64,000 nt of DNA from Octopus vulgaris (lineage: Eukaryota). The translations under genes were made by a program, and so were the position numbers. Positions 14,180 to 27,442 of the stretch are shown one piece after another. The notes below the pieces were generated by a model that searched no databases, had not been told where the DNA came from, and saw only the letters and a list, made by a program, of their open reading frames with translations. Location of the stretch: NCBI GenBank assembly GCA_951406725.2, contig OX597816.1, positions 59,520,001-59,584,000 of the forward strand. Direction: 5' to 3'. Position 1 is the stretch's first letter. Each line of letters starts with the position of its first letter.

Positions 14180-15050
14180 ACATGTTACTGGCATCCGTCA
14201 TAAGATTGCAAAGAGAGGACGTTGTCATTGCTCATCCACGATTGAAACCTACACCAAATTATATTGGAAGGAAACCATTAACTAGAGATAAAGTGAACTG
14301 TTGCTTTTGATATAAATTTCTTTGTAAACTTTCAAGACTAAATTTAGGTGTTTTGTTTTGTTTTTAAAACAAAATGTTGGTAACAAACACTGGAGGGAAA
14401 AGTTTACTAGTTTGATAATTGATTCAATCAAAAGAATTCCGACGTCGCCAAACCCTAAATATATGGAATTGTTGATGTGTTGCGATCTTAGACCTCCAAT
14501 TCTGGATCCATTGGCAAAAGAAGCGATGGTTTGACTGACTTTTCGTACTGAAATTTGAACATGGCACATAAATGTTGGAGGGACGCCGAGAATATCTACG
14601 TTGGTAGGTGATGAGGAATTTTGGATCACAAGTGCTTAATATGACCAATGATTGAGGAAACCCCCAGAGAAATGTAGACGAACTGTAGAACTATCCTTTT
14701 TATACTGAATTCCTGTAACTTGGTGTTAACTTACCTTTTGAGATTCTTGATATTGTTGGTAGATTTTGGTTGAACGGCTGGTACACCAAGATCAACGGAC
14801 GGTGACCAAGAACTGCAATCCATAAAGCTTCAATATTTTACTCTGTTAACGGTGTTGGAGTTCTGATATCGCTTGAATCTGAGTTCTTGCAAATAAGAAC
14901 ACTGGATGAAAACAGAAATAGTCGCTACCAAGCAAAAACATCCAGTGGTTCATTCAGACTCATTTCAAAATGAAAAGCAAGAGAAGCAGCGAAAAAAAAT
15001 AATTGCAGATTTCGGATCTCCAAAAAGGAGAAAGCTAATTCAAAGACTAC
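14180..15050 (-). pseudogene. Degraded CRE-like non-LTR retrotransposon RT fragment
   Basis: Remnants VNTKLQE, IASFANGSRIGGLRSQHI...GDVG.LLIESIIKLVNF and FLPI*FGVG resemble the CRE-clade pre-RT/RT consensus (SFP.GSAGG.DGLRPQHL; P.QLGVG); stops and frameshifts. Confidence 0.55.
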
Positions 15051-15779
15051 ACATCCAAGCCATCACTGGAACTGCAAAAATCTGTAAAACTTTCCAGAAG
15101 TTCATCATTTAAATATATATGAGCATGTCTAGATATGCAACTATATGCATGAGAATACATACATAAAGCAAAACATACAAATCTGCACACATACATACAT
15201 ACATACATACATACATACATACATACATACATACATACATACATACATACATACATACATACCCTGTTGTTGATGTTGAAATTTCAATGAAGGAACCTTG
15301 GATCTAGGTTAGAAACTGACTCTTTCTCTATTGGCAAGAGATCTTGAAATAAAACTGAATAATAACATACGAGTGCGTGCATCTATATGTGTGAATCCTG
15401 TCTCGACTTCACGCATTAAAACGCTCAAATGAACGCCATGTTGTTGGAGAAATAAAATAATATTCACATCGCAATACTAAAAAAAAAAGAGGAAAGCGTG
15501 ACAACACACCAATTAGGCGTGATGTTGTATAAATAAAACGAATGGCATTTACTAGACAAAAAGCAAACCAGTATTTTTAAAATAGCAAGACATTTCACGC
15601 CGCTAAAGGGACGTTTAATCAGAGAGTTGTTTGAATAATTTCAAATGATTAAGTGTTCCAACTCACCATATGACTCAGATCGGACTTTATTAATATTTGA
15701 TACACACGACTTTGAATAAATTTTCCTCCGCCATTACATCCCTTCATTGTTTTTTGTACATACACACACTCATATGTGA

Positions 15780-15811
<32 letters not shown>

Positions 15812-17029
15812 GTGCGAGTGTGCGTGTGTGTATGTGTGTGTATTTATGTTTATCATGATTCTTTCGTTTGATTTTATTCACAGCAAGCCTGCTGTGAATA
15901 AGGTCAAACCGAAGAGCCATACTACCCACCCAAATATCTGCAGATTCACATACCAAAATGTAAGTCCAACATCACCACACACATCTCCACCTCCTTACAA
16001 CCACCATTCCTTCCTTCCTTTCCATCACCTTCCACCTCTCCCCCACCAAATGCACATAGAAATACCCACATACCCCAATCAATCTTCTCATTGGTCAAAA
16101 TTGATTAACAACCCTCAGTTAAACATTCATTAATGTTATTTAGTCCGAAGAAATGAACACATGGACTGTGATCCACCTTATGTCCATGGATACTACACAC
16201 TGTACTGTAATCGTCCCAGGAATACAGAGTACGATCTTAAAAGAAACATGTGCTATGTGGAAACGTATGTAGCAATGCATTAAAGCATTTCTAAATTCCA
16301 TCTAAGTATTGTTGTTGTTATTACTATGTTATCCTCGGTGTGAGCCCCAAAAACTGGTATCGCCAGCTGGCATCGTTATACTGTAGCCGGCATAATAGAA
16401 TAGGGGCTTTTATATGCATGTTGAAAACATTTCCTATAAATGTAATTAAAGGATGTGTGTTTGTATGTTGATTCATTCGAAGCGATAAATTATAGGACTC
16501 AATATAAATGTAGAGTTTTCTTAAATGAATTGTAAATGAAAGGTTCTGATTTCCAGTACTCCGAGTTGCTCGTTTCCGATCATCAGCTGGTAAACCGAGC
16601 ATGGTTTTCTTTTGAATATCCACTGTCTGAATCTAAAGGAAACGCTTACCCTTATGTTCTTTTGTTTAAAAACCTTTGTGAACAACACGTGCAAAACGGG
16701 CTGCTTCAAGCTACGGTCTTTGATTTAATTTCTGGCTATATATATATGTACACACACACACACACACACACACACATTTATATATATATAGTTGGAATTT
16801 ACAAAAAACAAAAGACAGGTGTGTAAACAACAAACAGGTGTATTAGTTTAACGCTCGGGAAGGTGAGAAAGTATTTTACTTTTCGAGCCTACGCTCTTCA
16901 ACAGAAAGGAACGCGAGAAATTAAACAGAGAGAATAAAAAAAAGAAAGCTTTAGTAGCTAGCGGTCAATCATGAGTTATCTCCCTTGTTTACTATTTTTA
17001 GATTTTAAATAGCTCAGACCGCTGCATGA

Positions 17030-18315
17030 CATCAAAACAATGGCAATCCGGTGTGATAAACCCAAAGAGACAAGAGACAGTGTTCTAATTACGATGGAAT
17101 CTCCTTGCTGAGCTTCTCCTGCAAAGCCTACGCTGGGTGTCTAGAAAAGTGATGTTGGGAAAGTGTTGAGCCGAAGCTTGCTGAGAAAGTGCGCGGATTT
17201 CTTCCCGGACGCAGAACAGCCAACCAGATTTTCCTTCTATGACAGGTCTTCAAGAAATCATAGGAGTATTGCCAAGAAGTATACTCATGCTTTGTAAACC
17301 TCCAAAAAGCAAATGCCCGCATGCCGGGAGACATGCTGTGGAGGGTTCTATGGGTGACTTTTGATTGCCGTGAAGTCCTTGTACGAATTCTCAGATGTTT
17401 GAGTTCCGGTAAATGGTGCTAAAATCAAAACCTTTCAACATTGGTCTTTGGGAAGGGAGCATATTGACACCTCACCTTTTCATAATTTTTTTTTATTTTT
17501 TAAGGGTGGATTGACATGCATAACCCTTGTGGAAGTGGCTTCAAAATAGGAGAGTGTAGGATCGGTCGGTTAATATACGCAGACGATTTGGTGCTTAGGA
17601 GGTCTATCAGAAGATATGCACTGAATGGGTTCGTTGCCGAGAGATGAGACACTAGTCCTGTCAAGATACTCTTCTCGCTGCATTCTGCATGTTAGTGGAA
17701 CATCACAGAAACAAATGGAGAAGAAATTAGAGTTGTATTCCCGAGTGATGCAGGAGGCTGCATTGCACGCTAGAATTGCAGGTGTTGGTACATTATTGTC
17801 TCAGCTCCGGCGTTCGATCCTGAGAAGAGGAAAGGCTGGCATAAAAAAAGGAAAAAAACCGAACTCGCCATCTTCAATTCTGTTTTCGTGTCTACACTTA
17901 CCTATGGTCAAGAATGTTGTGTTGTGGCCGAAAGATTACGATCGCAAGCGGCCGAAATGGGCTCCTCCGAAGAATCGACAAGATGCGTAAGTCGGAGATG
18001 AAGGAGTCTCTACTGGTTGGACCATTACTCCTCTGCATTGAAAGGTCACAACTCTGATACTACAGATATGTGATTAGAATGTCTCTGAAAAGTATCACAA
18101 AACAGATTCTCAAAGTCAGCCAACCGGCAGGAGACCCAGGAATGGCCCAAGAACAAGATGGTTGGATTATATCTATTGTCTAAATTGGTTACGTTTGGGA
18201 ATGCAGCCGGAAAAATTTAATGACGACTTCCCCTGATAGAACCCTTTGGAGGAGATGCCTAAGGACTCTGTTCTCACGGCCATCTCTGAAAAAGTGGATG
18301 GATGGATGGATGGCA
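17030..18315 (+). pseudogene. Degraded RTE-clade LINE (RT and 3' end)
   Basis: GFLPGRRTANQIF, CFVNLQKA, LIYADDLVL, RPTGRRPR..PRTRWLD remnants; (GGAT)n tail at about 18297-18313. Confidence 0.75.
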
Positions 18316-18889
18316 ATAGCCATAGAGGGAGTCTTTATTTGCTAATTGCGCAGAAAATCTCTATTGATCGAAGCTTTTCATATCACTGTATTGTATATGG
18401 GAGATGCTTCCTAATATTCGTTGCTTTTTTTAAAGCAGTAAAGTGGACAGAGTGACCAATTATTTCAAATAAAACAAATTAATCTTTTCTACCGAAAGGA
18501 TGAAAGGCAAAGTCGACCTCGGCGGAATTTGAACTCAGAACGTAACGGCAGACGAAATACCGCTAGGCATTTCGCCCGGTGTGCTAACGTTTCTGCCAGT
18601 TTGCTGCCTTGGATAAAACAAATTAATGGAAAAAAACAGGAATAACTGAGTCGACATTCGAACGTACAACAACCAGGTTCGAATATCTCTCGGGGATTCT
18701 AGTAAACAGAAGTAAAACACAAGTTGCTATTCATCGGTCAATGACCCTTTTATTAGCAATACAAAGACATATTTTGTGAGCTTGAATCGAAGGATAAGTG
18801 GGGTGGTGGGTGGGTGGGGGTTAAACTTCAGACTTTACCATTTAATGACATTACCACTCTCAAAAATATAATAGCTCTTTACATGTGTA

Positions 18890-18965
<76 letters not shown>

Positions 18966-19575
18966 GACAAGTCAGTCTTTGGTGAAATAAACGGGGTTTG
19001 GTTTTATATTGACAGAAGGGAAATGTCAAGTTTTATTCAGATTACTTCTTTACGACATCAAAACTACGGAGAAAATCAAGAATCGCAAGTTGAAGAAATG
19101 AGATAAAGAATTACGCTACCAAATGCATCCATTATTCCCATCTGTTTTTCTTTTTCTTTTTCTTCTTTTTTGAGGGTTTTCGATCAGAGAATGGTTTGTT
19201 CTTCCATTTTGAAACACAGGAAAGGCGATGTGTGTGTGGGTGTTTGTGTGTTTGTGTGTGGTGCTATATCAAGGAAAGACAAAGACAGAAAGAGACAAAC
19301 AGAGAGCGAGGGAAGGAAGGAAGGAAGGAAGGAAGGAAGGAAGGAAGGAAGGAAAGGAAAGAAGGTGGGGTGGAGAGAGAGGAGAGAGAGAAGAGAACAT
19401 GCTAAACTGTGAAATAGGACCCCTTAAAAGTATCATTCAACTAACAGCAACGTTTCATAAAGTCCGCCATTCTGAACTGTTATCATACCGGAAATGGACT
19501 TTCGACTTACACAAAGCTTATACTAAAAACTATATGCAAAGCGAATGCAGTAGCATATTTTGTGTGTGTGTGTGT

Positions 19576-19651
<76 letters not shown>

Positions 19652-20641
19652 TTTTAACGTTGGTATACATGTACAAAAAAAACAAGTTAACATGCTTTCC
19701 ATCGACAACAATTTTCATTCAAATTTTATAAGAGAAGCAGTAAATAGATAATTGAGGATAATTGAATACACACACAAACACAACATACACACACACACAC
19801 ATTGGATTGTATTTACACACACACACACACACAGATATATATATATATATGTAGATATATATATGTGTTTGTGTGTGTGTATCTATGTATGTATCTGAAA
19901 ATGTGTTTATAGTTTTCATGCATAATTAGAGAAAGGGACAGTGTCTTTAATGTTTTTGTTTTTGTTTTTTTTTAAGAGCACCTTTTCATTATGTCAACAC
20001 AGGCTGACATTCACACTTGCAAATAGAAACCCAGTTATATACACCCACCCGTATAATATACACGCATGCCACTGTGGATAAATCTAACAGCACGCAGCCA
20101 TTGACGACATCGCTCTTATCTCTGAAACCACACATATTTCTAAACAGAAGCACGTCATTAGAACGATTTTATTTTCCACGAAAAATTCACCAGAAAGAAA
20201 GAAAGAAAGGAAGAAATGAAGAAAGAAAAATGAAGAAAGAAAGAAAGAAAATGAACTGTGCTATTATATAAATTATGTCTTAATCATGTTCTGTCCCTGA
20301 TATATATAATAGGTTTGGTCATAGGTCTGTTCCCTTATAACAAAACCTAGGGTTAAACAATCTCACCTTTCTACTCTAGGCACAAGGCCTGAAATTTTGG
20401 AGGAAGAGGTGAGTTGATGAGATCGACCCCAGTACTCAACTGGTACTTATTTAATCGACCCCGAAAGGATGAAAGGCAAAGTCGACCTCGGCGGAATTTG
20501 AACTCAGAACGTAGCGGCAGACGAAATACTGCTAAGCATTTCGCCCGGCGTGCTAACGCTTCTGCCAGTTCGCTGCCTTAAACACAGGTATAATGATAAT
20601 AATAATAATAATTATTATTATTATTGAGTTATTATTATTAT

Positions 20642-21030
20642 TGAGTGAGAGAGCAGTGCATGCCATCAAAGTGACACTGGGGTAAAACATACGAAGCCCA
20701 GTATACCCATCATGACTACCCGTCTGATAAGGGTACACCAGGCACATACATCACAACCACATGTGCGCGACATGGTGATCTCATATCAAGATAAACAGCG
20801 CATGACCTTGCAGATGGGACCCAGTTAGAATTTCCTTCTGGTCGAGTAGCCCATCCCGCTCAAAAGGTCCCTGAATAAGGATTATTTAGGGATGTTGAAC
20901 GAACCACCCATGTTTCCAAAGGCGAATTATCCAAACCTCCAAGAATTCTTTTCAACATACGGCTATGATGCTCTCCCACTACTTCTGCTCGTGATCAGAG
21001 ATGCACATATCGTCAACCATTAAGGGATAT
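20642..21030 (+). repeat. Interspersed repeat flanked by (ATT)n; partial copy of 31373-31990
   Basis: Near-identical to 31373-31760 (gagtgagagagcagt.catgccatcaaagtgacactgggg...). Confidence 0.85.
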
Positions 21031-21619
21031 TCAAGAAGAAGAAGAAGAAGAAGAAGAAGAAGAAGAAGAAGAAGAAGAAGAAGAAGAAGAAGAAGAAGAA
21101 GAAGAAAAAGAAGAAGTGTCGTAAACGCTTTAACTCTTTGATGCTTCACAGCAAATGAACTCCTTTTAAGGCGGCGAGCTGGTAGAATCGTTAGCACGCC
21201 GGGCGAAATGCTTAGCAGTATTTCGTCTGCCGCTACGTTCTGAGTTCAAATTCCGCCGAGGTCGACTTTGCCTTTCATCCTTTCGGGGTCGATAAATTAA
21301 GTACCAGTTACGCACTGGGTCGATATAATCGACTCAATCCGTCTGTCTGTCATTGTTTGTCCTCTCTGTGTTTAGCCCCTTGTGGGTAGTAAAGAAATAA
21401 GAAATAGGAAATAAACAAATGAACTCCTTCTCGCTCTTCTCGCTTGTTGTCTCCGGGTGAAATAAACTTCGAGATTTCAACTGAAATGTTGAGGTCAAAC
21501 ATGAAGGGCAAGTCACACGAGTTACGGCAAAGACAACAAGTAGAAATTAGCTACAACTACAGCATAGATAAAAAGTAAAATAGAAAAGAAAAAAAACAGA
21601 AGACGATAAGAAACATAGG

Positions 21620-21681
<62 letters not shown>

Positions 21682-21964
21682 CAACAGTACTATCCACAAC
21701 AGCGACAAAAATGACATGGGTAACATGAAACTCATTTAGTCGAACTTAATGTCAAATAACGTAATTTTGAGAATGTAACCTTGAAATATCAGTCTTTATA
21801 ACGCATTTAGATAGCAGCGAAGGCGCGTGGCTAAGTGGTTAAGGCATGCAGCTTACGATCGTAAGGTCAGAGTTCGATTCCTGGCAACTCGTCGTATCCT
21901 TGAGCAAGACACTTTATTTCACGTTGGTGCAGTCCAGCTGGTAAAAGTAAGTTGTAATTTAAAA

Positions 21965-22280
21965 CAGTGGTTCCCAAAGTGGGTGGTATTGCCCCACCAC
22001 CACACTGGGGGCAGTGGAAAGTTCCAAGGGAACATTGAAGAAAAGTGGGGTGATAATGGGGTGGCGATTCATGTGAAAACAACAAAATAATGGGATTATT
22101 AGGTTAAGTTTTATTTGTGAAATACAGTTGGTTTGAATTTGCTTCAGAAAGGGGTCTACGTTTGTGTTGGTTAGTTGGGGTGGGGGGGAGATAGGCTTGT
22201 GACCTGGGTGTCAAGGGGGCGATAGGCTTGTGACCTGGGTGTCAAGGGGGCGGCAGCACGAAAAAGTTTTGGAGCCATTG
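21965..22280. mobile_element. hAT (Charlie-like) MITE nested in a family C SINE
   Basis: cagtggttcccaaa ... ttttggagccattg; flanks atttaaaa / gtttaaag resemble an 8-bp TSD; SINE sequence resumes after it. Confidence 0.7.
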
Positions 22281-22771
22281 GTTTAAAGGATGCGCCGTGT
22301 CACCTTGAATCGCCCTGACAACTCTGCCACTTGCACGTTAATTTCACGAGCAAGGATGTTCCATTGATTGAATCATCTGGAACCGTCGTCGACAGAGTGC
22401 TAAATAAACACTCCAGTTGTGACGGTGGAATCTGAAAGGAGGAGCAGTATCTATGTCCTTCTGGGAGTGCCCCACCCCCATCCATTCGAAAACCGGCGAG
22501 ACTGATGTCATTAATGCTCTGATGGGGGAAGGATTTCAAGAGTCGACATTTGGGGGAGAAAGGATTTGGCGCAGGGATTCAAGCGGATGCAAACGACTGG
22601 CTTCCACACAGCTTCTGTCTTCCAGCTTCACTCACAGTCTACCTGTTGGTCCGGGGCTATTATAGAAGACACCTGCCTGAGGTGCCGCACAGTAGGACTA
22701 AACCCGACACTGTATGGTTACTAAATGAGCTTCTTAACCTCACGGCTGTGCCTGCGCCTCTCTACAATAAA

Positions 22772-23160
22772 CAATGATACCTCGCAATACGAGTTTAATT
22801 CGTTCCATGACTGAACTCGTCTTACGATTTACTCGTTTTACAAATCAATTTTCCCCATTGAAATTAGCTGAAATATAATTAATCTGTTCCAACCCACCAA
22901 AACCACTCAAAAATAATTTTTTGTGTTCTAAAACAGAAAAGGTGTAGTTAAAAGTAAAATGACAATTATAAAAAAAGAGAATGCGAGAGGAATATGTAAA
23001 CTGGTTTTAGAAACTGAATCACTTTAAAGATGGGACGATTTGTGTGCTCGTACTGCGGATTTCCGCTCGTACTTCAAGACAAATATTCGCACGAGTCTTG
23101 GCTCGTACAGCGAGTCTCGGCTCGTACAATTGGGCACTCGTACTGCGAGGTTCTATTGTA
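22772..23160. mobile_element. Tigger/pogo-like MITE
   Basis: caatgatacctcgcaatacgagt ... actcgtactgcgaggttctattgTA inverted termini with internal CTCGTA repeats. Confidence 0.65.
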
Positions 23161-24124
23161 TTTATAAACACCAAATAAGTATGTATACATACATAGAGAT
23201 TGGGTGTCAAAGAGATAGGTTGATGGTGATCGATAGAGAGTGGGAGATGAGTTGATCTAAAAGCTGAGTTATTTCTCGAAACAACAAATTATTTTTTACG
23301 GACGACATTGCCTTTGAGACGCACAATGTTAGAGCGCGCCTTTGATGAAAATCTAAAGAAATACTACTAACGTCTAAAGCCGCAATTATTACGTAAAACA
23401 AAGTTGGGACAGAAGCAAAGATGTGATACAAAGGCAGTGAGCTGGCAGAAACGTTAACACGCCGGACTAAATGCTTAGCGGTATTGCGTCTGCCGCTACG
23501 TTCTGAGTTCAAATTCCGCCGAGGTCGACTTTGCTTTTCATCCTTTCGGGGTCGATTAAATAAGTACCAGTTACGCACTGGGGTCGATATAATCGACTTA
23601 ATCCGTCTGTCTGTCCTTGTTTGTCCTCTCTGTGTTTAGCCCCTTGTGGGTAGTAAAGAAATAGGTATTTCAGAGTTCAAATCCCGCCAGGTCGACTTTG
23701 CCTTTCATCCTTTCGAGGTCGATAAATTAAGTACCAGTTACACACTGGGATCGATGTAATCGACTTAATCACTTTGTTTGTCCTTGATTTTCTTATCTAT
23801 TTTTATGTATGTATGTATGTATGTATGTATGTATGTATGTATGTATGTATGTATGTATGAATGTATGTATGTATGTATGAAATAAGAAACGTTAGCGCAC
23901 CGGGTGAAATGCTTAGCAGTATTTCGTCTGTCGCTACGTTCTGAGTTCAAATTCCACCGAGGCCAGCTTTGCCTTTCATCCTTTCGAGGTCGATAAATTA
24001 AGTACTAGTTGTGTACTGGGATCGATCTAATCGACTGGCCCCACCTCCCTCAAAATTTCGGGCCTTGTGCCTAGAGTAGAAAAGCATTAAAGATGTGATA
24101 AAGTGTTTCTTTGTTTTCTTATTT

Positions 24125-24161
<37 letters not shown>

Positions 24162-24365
24162 TGAGGGGATAATTATAATCCTGGCTAAGGCATCATTAGC
24201 ACACTGTGCAGGATGGTGCCTAGCGTAGTATTCCAAAATAAAAAAAAAAGGAGATCCGTAAGATCTCGATTGATACTAAAGAGAGCAACACGGAACTCCA
24301 AGGCAAGGTCTGGTACGCTTAATATAAGCTACGCACAGTGAATAATGAAAACGATAATTTAAATT

Positions 24366-24518
24366 AGGAAAGAAGTCAAATTAACATTACGATTGTTTCC
24401 GTACACAGATGATATCGTTTATTCCGAAATACCTAACAAACAGGAAAGAAGTCAAATTAACATTACGATTGTTTCCGTACACAGATGATATCGTTTATTC
24501 CGAAATACCTAACAAACA
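24366..24518. repeat. Perfect 76-bp tandem duplication
   Basis: aggaaagaagtcaaattaacattacg...cctaacaaac at 24366 and 24442. Confidence 0.9.
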
Positions 24519-24853
24519 GCGAAAGAGACAATGAAATCCTTGCGGTGCCCCAGCATGGCCACAGTCTGACGATTGAGGCAAGTAAAAGAGACGAAAAACG
24601 ATAAATAAAAAGTGGTGGTGGTGGTGGTGGGTGTGCAGGTGTTGATGGTACTTCATTAGTAAACATGGTAGAAGTCGGCCACCAATTAATAAGAGATAAA
24701 CCTAATTAGGAGTTCAACCAAGGATTATAACAACGTTAATCCGTCGTTAATATCTATGATAGATTTTCGATTCGGCTTCTTAGTAGCTCCGCGTTTAGTG
24801 TAGAGGTGGGGAGGGGGTAATATTTACGTGTATTTTATGTAAACAAAAAAATC

Positions 24854-24894
<41 letters not shown>

Positions 24895-25057
24895 TACATA
24901 CATACATACATACATACATACATACATACATACATACACACATGCATACATACATACATACATACATACATACATACATACATACAATAAATATATAAAA
25001 ATAGATAATAAAATCAAGGCTGTGAGGAGTTCTCAGGACATTTATAAGGAAAGAGAT

Positions 25058-25111
25058 ATAGTCTTACAGCTGTTTCAGGGATATTATGGATATCCCTTCA
25101 TCAGAGACTAT
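25058..25111 (-). ncRNA. Minimal type I hammerhead ribozyme (PLE-type)
   Basis: atagtct CTGATGA agggatat-ccata-atatccct GAAAC AGCT GTA agactat: full core, 7-bp stem I, 8-bp stem II, palindromic stem III. Confidence 0.8.
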
Positions 25112-25503
25112 GTGAGATGGTTAAATAGAGGTAAATGTTTGAGTTCGAAATAATTATTTCGAACTCATACATTTGAGGTCTGCAGACGTTTACTCGATCG
25201 CTACAATAATGAAGGGATATCCATGATATCCCAGAAACAGCTGTAAGACTATATCTTTTCCCTTATAAATGTCCTCAAAACTCCTCACAGCCTTGGCTTT
25301 GTTATCTGTTCTTGTCTAATATATTGATATAATTATATATTATATTTTATATTTTATATTTCTATTTCCTTGTCTAATTATATTTACAATATATTTTGTA
25401 TAATGCCTTTGCTGTTATGTAATGGTGTAATAAAGTATTGATTGGGTATTATCTGATGGTTGATGTTTGATTGATTTAAGTATGTTTCTCCATTTTCTAA
25501 TTT

Positions 25504-25555
<52 letters not shown>

Positions 25556-25864
25556 TGCTTCATTAAACTCCTCATTCGTATCAATATCGAACCAAGAGTT
25601 TAACTACGGTCTGTCCATAACACTTACTTAGCGTTACCTGCCACTCTTTGGGTCGTCTAGATACCAATACCTTATGCATATATATATATATATATTATTT
25701 GTTTCAGGCATTTGACCGCGGCCACGCTGGAGCACCGCCTTTTAGTCGAACAAATCGACTCCAGGACTTGTTCTATCGCTCTGTTTTGCCGAACCTGCTA
25801 AGTTACGGGGACGTAAATACACCAACATCGGTTGCCAAGCGATGGTGGGGGACAAGCACAAACA

Positions 25865-25930
<66 letters not shown>

Positions 25931-26050
25931 CGACGGGCTACCAATTCCATTCAAGGCTTTGGTTGACCCGAGGCTATAGTAGAAGACACTTGCCCAAGGT
26001 GCCACGCAGTGGGGCTCAACCAGGAAGCCTTGAATGGTTGGTAGCCCGTC

Positions 26051-26121
<71 letters not shown>

Positions 26122-26808
26122 TGTTTGTGCTTGTCCCCCACCATCGCTTGGCAACCGATGTTGGTGTATTTACGTCCCCGTAACTTAGCGGTTCGGCAAA
26201 ACAGAGCGATAGAACAAGTCCTGGAGTCGATTTGTTCGACTTTATAAGCCTAGTGCTCTCTCTGCCTAGCGTGAAGCTTCCTATCTCGGACATGTGAGCA
26301 TGTGCACAACAGCCAAACACCGCGTTGCTGGAACTGTGAAGCACACAGTTCTATACAAGGATTTTTGCATTTTCTTTTTTTTTCATAAACTAGGGAATGG
26401 CTACTGACATTAAGCTGAAGGATTATATAATGTGCAAGTATAAAGAAAGAATTAAAGAAAAAAAGGACTCATTATATTGAATGTTATCGATGATATCGAG
26501 TGGAAATAGGGGGCGCTGCAGTACCGCAGTGCCTATACACGAGCCGCCACTGACGCCGGACACCAACCCGAAATTTCAGAGGACACGTGTTATTGCTAAA
26601 TAGCCGTTGGACCTACACTGTGTTCATCCGTCGTTTTGATAGGTTTTTTCCTTAGTTCTGTGGGTCCCTAACAACCCTCCTCACCAGGCAACCCTATTTT
26701 GAGGTTGAAGTTTAGTCGCCAACCGCCCGAACGTGCAACAGGTTGTACTGGATTCCGTATTACCAGCAACATTCATGAGAGATCTCGCAAGTGACCTCAC
26801 ACACACAC

Positions 26809-26888
<80 letters not shown>

Positions 26889-27304
26889 GGTAGATAGATC
26901 CTGTAAATCCGCCTCAAAATCCCATTCTAAATTATATTGCAGTTATCTACAGAAGTATATCTATCACGTGACTGTCTATTTACATAAACTCGCCCTTTTT
27001 TCTTCTCCGAGATAATCTAGCACATTTCTTATAATTCTTACCGTCATATTTCAGTTACTAAGCAGATAAGGAACGAAGTGTTATCATCTCTGTAACACCT
27101 TTCTCTTAGTTCGGCCTTTAATGACACGTTTTCGGTTACTCTTTCAGAAGGTCAACATATAGGTACACACAAACATACACACACACATACATGTGTGTGT
27201 GTGTGTGTGTGTGTGCGTGTATATATATCTATATATATAGACACACACATATATATATATGTATACACACACATACACACATATATATATATATGGATGC
27301 ATGC

Positions 27305-27423
<119 letters not shown>

Positions 27424-27442
27424 TTATATATGCATATATTTA

